64,000 nt of DNA from Octopus vulgaris (Eukaryota). This document shows positions 53,298-64,000 of the stretch, piece by piece. The stretch covers positions 59,644,001-59,708,000 of the forward strand of contig OX597826.1 of NCBI GenBank assembly GCA_951406725.2. The letters run 5' to 3'. The number at the start of each line of letters is the position of its first letter. Position 1 is the first letter of the stretch. The translations under genes were made by a program, and so were the position numbers. The notes under the pieces were generated by a model. The model did no database searches, had not been told where the DNA came from, and saw only the letters and a program-made list of their open reading frames with translations.

Positions 53298-53810
53298 CTA
53301 GCAGTATCGCCCGGCGTTGCTCGGGTTTGTAAGGGAAATAACTATATAAGCATTTTTAGAGAGTTACTTCCCTTATAGATGCCAATTCGGGCTTTCTTAG
53401 CCATTTCTGTTTTGGTGTCTTCAAGCCATGAAGTCGTTGTTCTAAAAGAACGCTGGTCTCCTTGACAACGCTTTACGACGTTGATTTCCTTACACTCCCT
53501 TCCCCACAGCTTCACGAGGGAGGGAAGAAGGGGGAGAAGCAAACAGGTGCAGGTGTGACCATGGACGCCAACTCCGCCGCCATCGACACACGAAAAATTA
53601 TGCATTAAAATGGAATAAAAAATTATGTTAAATTATTTTTAAAATCGTAGTCTCAACGTAGACGCGCGCTAATACTCAGACGGGCTCGATATGAATCACG
53701 ACTATAAGATACCCGAATTTGGTTAAACTGCACCGCAAAATGTGGGAGTAGTTAGGAATCTAAATCGAAGGGGACAGACACTCACACAACTACAGTTTTA
53801 TATATATAGA
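53298..53810 (-). mobile_element. Non-autonomous Helitron, tandem copy 2, with a different ~220-bp interior
   Basis: Same 3' hairpin and CTAG; the 5' end reads A|TCtatatatataaaa on the minus strand at 53810. Confidence 0.9.
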
Positions 53811-53816
53811 TATATA

Positions 53817-53862
<46 letters not shown>

Positions 53863-54309
53863 GCATAAAATTTCGCGGCGTCTAGCATTAAGCCCATCTC
53901 TTTCAGGTTTTACTTTCAATGAGACGGGCTTCTGTTAAGCGCCTTTGAAGCTATAAGTCACGTGCAACCGAATGAAACTGTTTTAAATAATACATGTAAA
54001 CCCCTATTTAAATATGTTGTATGTTCTTTTCGTTCGTTCGTCACTTACTCGTGTGTCATGTCTGTGTGTGTGAGTGTTTGTGTGTGTGCGTGTATGTATG
54101 TGCGTGCAGTCGCGGGTGTGTGCATTGTGTTTGAAGTCTGATAAATAATTGGACTGTTGCTATAGTAACGAAGTTAACGCACACTGAGTGGAGCAGCTTG
54201 GCACAGATTGATATTGATGACGGCTGTGGATGCGCACTAAGTTTTAACGTTCTAGCTCACCTCTGTTGTTCACAGCAGTGCTTGGATGGAAGGTGTTTAG
54301 CGCGTGGTC

Positions 54310-54780
54310 GTCGCATGAATCATGACAAAGAGAGTTGTCACAGCGATACCTTTTCAGTGGTTTACGTAAATTTGCAGAAAGTGTACGGAGGGGAGTGTAT
54401 AAGATGCACAATAGTGTGTGTTTCAGACGTTTCCAAGATGGCCGGAAAACTTGATATTGACGAACTTTTTCGGAGACTCGCAACTAGCAGAACTGAGCAA
54501 AACACCGCAGATGTGCGTGCAGCTGTGACGGGAAATCGTCGAGTCATCATCCGTGAGTTATCACAAGATGTGCAGATTAGTTATAGTTCAGTTCAGTCCA
54601 TTATCACTGAAGACTTGGGTATGTGACGCTTGTCTGCCAAGTTTGTGCTAAAACTGCTTTCAGCGGACAAGATCTCCTTGATTGTGTCGGGTTTCAACTG
54701 CACAAGATCTCCTTGATTGTGTCGGGAACGATGAAAACATTTTGGAGACTTTGCTTAGGCCTCTGAGCAGGTATCGCGAT
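54310..54780 (+). mobile_element. Mariner transposase N-terminal (double HTH) remnant
   Basis: LQKVYGGEC...RLATSRTEQN...NRRVIIRELSQDVQISYSSVQSIITEDLGM*RLSAKFVLKLL (compare the WVPxxL motif). Confidence 0.85.
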
Positions 54781-55080
54781 GCTTTTGGCAAATTTTGATG
54801 CAGATTCTCTGCTCAGCTTTCGCAGTACTGAGGTCGATCTAATCAACTGTCCTCCTCCCCCAAAATTTCGTTAGTCGTTTGCCAAAGTCAGAAACTATGA
54901 ATGTTATCATATCAGAAATTTTGTCTGTGATGATCACGAATTTTAGTTGTGATATAGACGACAACGGTTATAACTGTAATGATAATGGTGATGATGTCGA
55001 TTATGTGATGATTCAACAACAAAAGTAACAGCAGTGGTAGCAGTGGCAGCATCAGTATCAGCAGCAACAACAGCAGCAGC

Positions 55081-55134
<54 letters not shown>

Positions 55135-55257
55135 TGTAGTAGTAGTAGTAGCAAAAATGAAATCGGGCTTGTATTTTTGGCATTTTTAATGGCGCTCGTA
55201 ATGATGTGATGTTGATGATAAGATGACAACGCCGACACTATGGCTGCTGCTGCTGCA

Positions 55258-55319
<62 letters not shown>

Positions 55320-55640
55320 ATAATAACAATAACAATTATAAGAATAATGATAATCATGTTCTCGTTTTTTCTTTTTCCTGGTGAAGAAAAATCCATTGTG
55401 CTATTTGTAATGGATATTTTAAATGACCTTATACATAGCATGGTTCCTGTTGCAGTTAATGTATAGCAAATTTATATATACTCTTTTTATTTCTTCCATT
55501 TTAAATCTCTCTTTTTCTCCTCTATTTCTCTTCCGAAATTCTCTATTTTTCGTTTCGGCTACCTTTTATTAACTTACCTCCTCCTTTCTCTTGCATTGTG
55601 TCTTTTCTCTCTTTGCCTCTGTCTGTCTGTCGACCTGTCT

Positions 55641-55685
<45 letters not shown>

Positions 55686-55907
55686 TATATACATACGTCT
55701 ATATATGAGTATGCCTCTGTCAGTGTTTGTATGTGAGTAGGAAAAGTAAATGCATAAGAATATTTCAACTTCCATTTTCGTTATCGTCTAAGAGAGTGTA
55801 TGCATTTGCGACCGTACGTTTACATATACATTTATGAATATCTACATAAATGCGTAAATACATAAATACATACAAACAAACAAACATACATGCATATATA
55901 CATGCCT

Positions 55908-55940
<33 letters not shown>

Positions 55941-55982
55941 TATATAAATACATACATATATACATATATACATATTCATATA

Positions 55983-56022
<40 letters not shown>

Positions 56023-56158
56023 CATATATATATGTATGCATATATATATATGTGTGTATATATATGTGTATATATATATATGTATAAATTTATACATGTA
56101 CACTCGTACATTTATATATACATATGTATATATGTATATACATACATATATGTTTACG

Positions 56159-56217
<59 letters not shown>

Positions 56218-57064
56218 ATATATGTGTACATAATATATATATACATATATATAGATGTATGTATGTATGTATGTATGTATGTATTTATGTATGTATACAC
56301 ACGTGCACAAACACACACACACACACATATATACACACAAAATGTTCGAACGACGTGATACTGCTGACAACAGTATTAAAAATGTTGATTGTTACATATA
56401 TTATTTTATTTTTATTTTCATTGTTATCGCGAGTTGTGAGGAATGCGAACGAGAAAGATAAAGTAAATTTAACAACGCTGTAATGAATTTAGCATGTGAG
56501 ACACATTCAATTTGACATTTAGGTTAACGATAGAAATCTAAGTAATTGTTTTCTTACACCGGAGTAAAATCTAGCATTAAGATTTGTGTGAGTTTTTGGA
56601 GTTTGCGCATGTGCGCTTGTGTACGTTGGTATGTCTGCGCGTGTGTGTTTCATGGTGAACGGTGTTTGACCTGTATATCAGTCACAAGTGCTTGACATCA
56701 AGTGTTGTACATGTAACTTACTTTGACCAGTAAAGAAACACAAGTACTAATCCAGTCCCTATGTGTTTCTTTTTTCGCCAGGTTTTTTCTCCAAGCTCAA
56801 CTGTAAAGAACGCCACAGCCTTTCATTAATATTGTTCACTGAATTGTTCGAATTACAATTCGGTCGTCAGTGAAACGATAAGCCATGAATCGAGGTTTCC
56901 ACTTAATTTTAATCCATCTGCCTCTGAGTGCTTGTCAGGGGCCTAGCGTACGTTACCTTAGACACGGAGACGTACATCACATATGTCCTTCACATCCACG
57001 TCGCTCCCGTTCTATGATCCACGGCTCGATACTTTGCGTAAAGCTGTTATACTATTTTGATATC

Positions 57065-57790
57065 AGGGCAGGTAGTGTTACGCAGTTAGAAAGCTCGTTC
57101 TATAATCGTTTACACTCTAGTTCAGTCCCACTGCGCGGCACCATAGGTAAGGGTCTTCAGGGACTTCTACTATAATTCTGCGCGGATCAATGTCTTCTGA
57201 GTGAATTCGCTTGTCAGAAACTGTGTGGAAGACATATACATACATATACAAATATATACATATATACAGACAGACCTACAGAAATACGTACATACCCTGT
57301 TGTTGATGCTGAAATTCTAATGAAGGAGGCTTGATTTTAGATTAGAAAATGGCTCTTTCTCTATTAGCGAGATATCTTAAAATAAAATTGGATAATGATA
57401 TACATACATATATATGTATGTGTGTGTTAGAGGCAAACACCTTGAAACCTGGGTCCGTATGTGGCATCCGCTTCTTCGGGGAATGATCTCCCTTTGCAGG
57501 ATAGAGGACACCGTGATGGTGTCAAGCCTATCTGGTGACGTCGATGATCGCCTGGGGCTAAATGCATCAGTAACACCCCCACCGCCCTGCCCTGTCCCTA
57601 GCCACATTCAAATGGCTAATGTCCCTTTTGTTATGGAGCAGTTACTGTCTATATCTCGTTTAGAGAATTATTATTGCTATATATACATATATATATGCAT
57701 ATATTTATACATATACATGTATATACATGTATAAACATGTACATATGTATACATGCACACATACGCACTCTTTTATATATAAACATTTCT

Positions 57791-57842
<52 letters not shown>

Positions 57843-58115
57843 CGGCATGAATATTTATGTGTATATATGTATATATGAATATATATGTTTGTATGCGTGT
57901 GTGTGTGTACGTGTTTGTGTGTGTGTGTGTGTGCACTTTTGTGTTTTTGTGCATCCCCCGCCATTGTCTAACATCCACTGTTTGTTACCGTCAGTAGAAG
58001 AGAAAGTTAGACTAAGTACCATACTTAAAATAAGTAGTTGTGCTGATTCTAAACCCTTCAAAACAGTGCCCCAACATGGCCGCAATCTATAAATGAAACA
58101 ATTACAAGACAAAGA
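57065..58115 (+). mobile_element. Old SINE family A copy with inserts in its microsatellite tract
   Basis: Head gttcagtcccactgcgcggcacc (~57120) and tail gtgccccaacatggccgcaatc (~58066). Confidence 0.65.
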
Positions 58116-58287
58116 TATATTCATTTTCTCATAATTTCCTCTTGCTTTCTTTTTAGAAAGATTTTCTGTTTGGAGAAGAACCAGAATCACACGGTGCTAG
58201 AAGTTACACGGTGCCAGAACTCACATATTCCATAGTACGGAGCCTGCTGAACAAGGGGTGCGTAGTTCTTCACTAGGAGATTTGGAT

Positions 58288-58897
58288 TACATTGTGCGTT
58301 CAAAATGTATCCGATTTTATTTTCTCGCCGACATTTTCCGCACGCACAGATCTTCTGTTAAAGTAGACTGCAATGTCCCTGTGCTTATTTCCATTTCGTT
58401 AGCGATTTCCTGGATCTTCCAGCCTGTTTTGCCGGATCTTCTCAATCGGCTTTTCGTTTCGGCTTTCAGATGACCTACCTGAGCATACCTATCTCTCCAC
58501 TGGGACGCAGCCATGTTCGAAACTGTTGTACCACATATTTATCTGGGTTTTGCTAATGGCATCATTACTAAAGGTCTGCTGAATCTTCAAGATGACTTGA
58601 GTGAGACTTGAGTATGATTTGAGTGTGACTTGAGTATGACTATCACGAAGATAGTGTCAAAAACTTATGCAATTTCTGTGCTCGATGCATTTGGGGTAAA
58701 ATGATAATTCGACAACAACGAAATACACCTCTGTACTGTAAGTGCTTCAGCCGGGAAAACAAGGGCGACCTAATGGCGCGAAAGTTTTCGCATATGCACA
58801 GAATCGGTGGCTTCACTGCCCACCCAAAGTACTGACTCCACGCAGCCTTAGTTTTGGACAGAAAAATTCAAATCAGATACTATTTGAACGCACCTCG

Positions 58898-58899
<2 letters not shown>
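58288..58899 (-). mobile_element. Internally deleted mariner element with both TIRs and TA ends
   Basis: Left end TACattgtgcgttcaaaatgtatccgattt versus right end (reverse complement) TACgaggtgcgttcaaatagtatctgattt. Minus-strand peptides EHRNCISF and IQEIANEMEISTGTLQSTLTEDLCVRKMSAR. Confidence 0.85.
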
Positions 58900-58976
<77 letters not shown>

Positions 58977-59111
58977 ATATATATATCTATATCATATATA
59001 TATATATATATATATATGGATGTTTTGTTGTCCCATTTTTATATCACCTAACTGTCCGGATGTTTTGCGTTCTTGTCTCTCATTTTGCATATATATATAT
59101 ATAAAATAATA

Positions 59112-59354
59112 AAAGCGCCCTTTTAAAGCCTAGCCAGGCTCATGTGCCCGGTGTCCCGGTTTCAATATGTTCCCCAGCTGGACGGGATGTCAGTCCATCG
59201 CATCGTTACTCATTTTTTATCAGTTGAGTGGACTGGAGCAACGTTAACTGAAGTGTTTTGCTGAAGAACACAACGCGTCACCCGGTCCAAGAATCGAAAC
59301 CACAATCTTATGATCATGATTCTGACACCCTAACCACTAAACCACGCGCCTCCA
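59112..59354 (-). mobile_element. SINE family D (tRNA-derived head)
   Basis: Minus-strand head gtggaggcgcgtggtttagtggttagggtg...ggtttcgattcttggaccggg. Confidence 0.82.
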
Positions 59355-59401
59355 CACACTCACACACCCACACACACACGTATATATATATATATATATA
59401 T

Positions 59402-59458
<57 letters not shown>

Positions 59459-60013
59459 CAGATGGATAGATATATAAACATAACTATATAGATAGACTAC
59501 TATCAACACTGTCTTTGAACTATGCATCACACTACACGCGACTACTCCGCATTAGAACCAGACAAAACCTCACAACATCGCTTCTCACCCACTGTACACC
59601 CCCACCCCCATAGCAATGTTCAATAGTTCACCACAACTCACCACGCCACAGCACATTCTTGTACACTGTGTCATAGACAGAGAGAATTATCAGACAATTC
59701 CGGATATGTTAACGTACAGTTAATATAATTTTTTGACATAGCCTGGCTGGAATGAAATGTTACTTCCACGATATTTGGCGGAAAGCACATCGTGTACTAG
59801 GGGTGGTAGTGATTGTAGGGTAGTGTGTGGTGGTGGTGGTGGTGGTGGTGGTGGTGACGGTGGTGGCTGTGGTGGTGATGGTGGTGATGACAGTAATGTT
59901 TACGGAGTTTGTGTTAGTGTTGTAAAAATGCAGATCAAATACCATAAGGCATTTTGTCCGACTCAATTCTGATCTGCAGGCAATGACTACTACTACTACC
60001 ACTGCCGCTGCTG

Positions 60014-60080
<67 letters not shown>

Positions 60081-60329
60081 AGCTAACTGTAATGATGATG
60101 GTTATGATTATGGCAATGATTACTTTTATTTGCCAGAGCGGCATCAGACGATGGGGTCATTCAAATGACAGTCTAAATTTTTTGTGAGGGGATGAATTAA
60201 ATGATAAGGGGAACGACAAAAAGAAAGAAGGGACAAATGAAATAAAACTATACATTGTATGCAAACTATGTGAGCACATAAATGACACAGTCCTCCTGAT
60301 ACAAAAAAGTATTCAACCAGGGCCCGTCG

Positions 60330-61760
60330 GAGAATCCCACAGATTCGTGATCATCCTGGCCATCAAAATCACGAGCTTTCACCGAACTGTTTCTTTCCAA
60401 TCTCTAATCTTAGAGTAGGCCTTTTCTTAATAATCATTTCTGCCGCAAGCACTTCGCTCTTCAACCTCACTTTCCTTCGTAAGTTAACACACCCAGATTC
60501 ACAGAACTGGGAATTCTCCCGTATAGCTGCCAGCTGTGATAGACATTTGTCAAGAGGTTGCCAAAGAATTCTGGCTTATAACCGTAAAATTCATTGAGTA
60601 GTCTACCCAAACAGAGAAATTTGTCCTTTGAGCAATCACTCCACATTCCTCCTATCCCAGTTGTTTCTTTCTACACGTAGTTAATATATTGGATATATTT
60701 CAATATCTCTATCAGGTGGTTTTGTATATTTTTAATGCGTCACGTAATCTTCATTAACGCCGCTACAGCCACCATCCTCTCTACCATCATCACCATCATC
60801 ATCATCGACATTATCATGTTCATCGACATCAGTCTACCGACCAGTGAGCATCATTCTTATTGCCATCGCCGTCGACGCAATCATCATCATCATCATGAAC
60901 CTAAGGTTTGAAAAACATGAAGTTATCGAAAACCCAAATGACATCTGTTATCTGGTTTTTCGATTGGCTTTGTCTTTTTTTGCTGCGTCGAGGCAGACGT
61001 TCCAATAAGTTATTAACTCCGTTACTCTCTCTCTCTAATCTGACTCTTACACAGAATAGTTGAGCGAAGTGCTGTTCGAACACCATACACGTCAGCTTAA
61101 AAGCGAGTAGTGCCTGCCCATTTTGATCCGTCAAAGACTGAATTGTGGCATTGTTGCTGTGTTGAACGTCCAATGTCCGTATCAATTGAACAGCTTTCTT
61201 TCATGCTCGCTTTAATGCATGAGCTCTAGCTCTGATAACGCAGAGTTCGTATTTCAGTTTGACGAAATAGTCGAGGACTATTCTGCCACTTCAACGTTGG
61301 TAGCGATGCGATTTCTAATTGTCTCCTGTTGTTTACAAACGAGAGCCCACTCAAATCTATTTCTATTTATCACTAAATCTTTACTAAATGCTATTGACTC
61401 ATAATTAATTGCTCACTTGAGGGCTCCTTCTACTCGTTGCTGACTATTTTTCCTCTTAAATAGCACTCGACAAGCACGCTGGTCCGGTCTCTGTAGTCGA
61501 TGTGAGTCGAGAAAGCACGTTCAACTTCTCGTAGTCGATTCCCTTATCTACGAATCCTATTTAAGTCGATTGTGCAGATATGAAATTTGTGTTCTGCGTA
61601 GCCGACAGATTTAATCTTATGACACCCTAAAATATTTCTGTCAGCTTAGCTAACAGATTCTGTTTATAAATACGGTCTGGAAATCCAGTCGTAGTTGCTT
61701 CAAGTCGACGTTGGAACATTTGTGAAACCCGGTCAGTCCATGTCAGAAAGTGAGAATCAT
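60330..61760 (-). mobile_element. Degenerate Tx1/L1-clade LINE ORF2 (endonuclease-linker-RT start), interrupted by low-complexity sequence at ~60680-60950
   Basis: KYELCVIRARAHAL, NNATIQSLTDQNG...FEQHFAQLF, then NEFYGYKPEFFGNLLTNVYHSWQLYGRIPSSVNLGVLT (compare the L1-type PGxDGLxxEFY...G-x-IP region). Confidence 0.65.
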
Positions 61761-62567
61761 TTGAACATCTCTTTTTTTTTTTGAGTATTCACAGTAAGGT
61801 TTCTAGGTTTCTAAGCATTTAAAGAAATCTGCATATCTTGCCGCAGTGGAGACATACAAGACCGCAAGTCTATAAACAAAAGCTAGAAAAAGAAACACAT
61901 CGAGGTTAAAAGCAAAAGCAAACACAATAACTACTACTACTACTATTACTAATACTACTACTACTACTACTACAACTACTCGCAGGACAACAATAACAGC
62001 ATTAACACCGTTGATTAAGATATTATATGTAACCATTAGAACGAAAACGTTAGACTCAGCAACGACAGTGACCACCACATCAAGACACGTAACAATACAG
62101 TAACATCATGAACATCTACAAAAGCAGCAGCGAGTATGGAGTAAGAAACAGAAGCAACACCATTGATAAATAATTCATTATCCATGGTAGAAGCTTTCCC
62201 TTATTTTAAATTCAGTTTCTTTGCAGAATTATTAGAAGCTGCAGAAATACACACACACACACACACACGTACTTGTATGGATGTCTGTGTGTGTATGCAT
62301 GAATATATATGTGTGTGTGTATGTTCGCGCGCGCGCATGTGTATGTAGGAATATATAAGGGTGTGTGTGTGCGTGTACGCGTGTATGTGTTGGTGTGTCT
62401 GTGTGCTTGTGTAGGTTTTGTAGAAAAATGTTGACTTTAGCTTTGCTGCAAAAACATAGAGTGGTTACACAAGACATTTATCTGACTGCGGCTAGTCAAA
62501 AGCGTTTAATCTAATATCTAGTCAGGGACAGAAAACCTTACTTCTGTACTCATAAATTTTTAACTTA

Positions 62568-62640
<73 letters not shown>

Positions 62641-63344
62641 ACATGTGGGTATGCTAACTTGGATAGGTTTACCAGTCTGTCGAATTTGCATAACAGAACA
62701 TGCGGTTACAAATTAAGTATTCTGAATAATTATAACATAAATATATATATTTTCTTTTTGGTAGACTGAATATGTCTATTTTTGCATCATGGAACGTATA
62801 CTTAAGCGTATAAACACAATCACCGGTTGTACTTATTGCGTTTATGCAGTTTTTTTCTTTTCCCAAAATATTTGAAATATTACTAAATCTGCAGCCTTCC
62901 TAGTAGGTTCTAATATGTCGAAATAAATTAGATCTTTCTAAATCATTTGAAATAGTATACCCAATGAAGAGGTCACATCTTTGTTGCAACGAAAATATAT
63001 TTGAGAAAAAACGAGAAAACATATGCAACCAAATACACAACTGCTTAATATTTTATAGACTTTATTAATCAGTATTTTCCAAAATATAACTATATTGATT
63101 TTAATAGATTATTTAAAAATAATCAATTTCAGGAACTAGAAATATAAGATATACTTATAACATAGATCACAGTTTATCTTCAATGTGAAAAGCATACAAT
63201 GTTTTGTTTATTGACCTTTCCGTGGACACTAAATGGTTAACTCTTTCTAATTTCTGGTCTTTTTCAGAATTTCTGCAGAACTCTTGAACTCATTTCCTGA
63301 CTCGTGGTTGTTTTGCTGTTGTTTGTTCCTTCTCGAGTCATGCT

Positions 63345-63630
63345 TGGCTCATAAGGGCCAGTTTCCCAGTTTCATTGGCGTATAGGTTCCTCACCTGGAC
63401 GGGACGCCGATCCGTCGCAGGTGAGCTGCTTAGATGCAAGAGGAAAGAGTGAGAGAAAATTGTGGTGAAAGAGTCAGCAGAAGTTTGTCCTTACTTTCTG
63501 CCGGAGCCAGAAGTTTGTCCTTACTTTCTGTTTCGCTCATAAAGACACACACATCTTACGGTCTGATATTCGAAATCGCGATCCCTCGACCACAAGACCG
63601 CTTCCCTAACCACAAGATCATGTACCTCCA
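63345..63630 (-). mobile_element. SINE family C head and body with a family-D-type tail
   Basis: gaaagagtgagagaaaattgtggtgaaagagt matches family C; ggctcat...ctggacgggacg...ccgtcgca matches the family D tail. Confidence 0.75.
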
Positions 63631-63654
63631 CCATTTCCCAACTAGTGAAAGATA

Positions 63655-63778
63655 ATTCATTTCAAATTTAGGCCTGTAATTTGAGGAAGCGGGTAAATCG
63701 ATTACATCGACCCCGGTGCACAACTGGTACATATTTTATTGGCCCCCGAAAGATTGAAAGTGAAAGTCGACCTTCGTG
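63655..63778 (-). mobile_element. SINE family B, 3' fragment
   Basis: tcgattacatcgaccccggtgcacaactggtac...gaaagtcgacct. Confidence 0.75.
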
Positions 63779-64000
63779 TATATGTAAAATAGAAATTAAG
63801 ATTACAATGAAACACGTAATCTTTACGGATTGCAACAACACAAAATAGCAACAGACATTTCTGTTACCCCGTTGACATCAATGTATATCTTTCTCTCTTT
63901 CTCTCTCTATAGTTTCATCTCCAATCACTCCTTGTATGTGTATATACCTACACATACACATAGACACATATGCATATATGTTTGAATGTATGTATGTATT

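Overview
AT-rich eukaryotic DNA that is almost entirely repeats. The SINE families and the density of (TA)n, (TATG)n, (GATA)n and trinucleotide tracts suggest an octopod cephalopod, probably Octopus (inference). I found no credible host protein-coding exon; most ORFs in the track are translated microsatellites. The real coding remnants all come from transposons: two R4/Dong-type LINEs, a Tx1/L1-type LINE plus a probable ORF1 piece, a CR1/Jockey-like RT, Penelope GIY-YIG fragments, four Tc1/mariner remnants and a Helitron family, one copy of which carries a PIF1 helicase fragment. At least four tRNA-derived SINE families are present in many copies. The most interesting signals are: (1) seven copies of a short (TA)n-embedded element carrying a minimal type-I hammerhead-ribozyme-like fold, in two covarying subfamilies, one with a recurrent non-canonical CUGUNGA core; (2) the internal (TA)n tract of a CORE-type SINE acting as a landing site for nested insertions; (3) a ~1 kb near-palindrome with an independent central hairpin; (4) head-to-tail SINE multimers sharing one junction; (5) four perfect AGGTCA half-sites within 44 bp of unique sequence. 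Coordinates were read by eye and are approximate.
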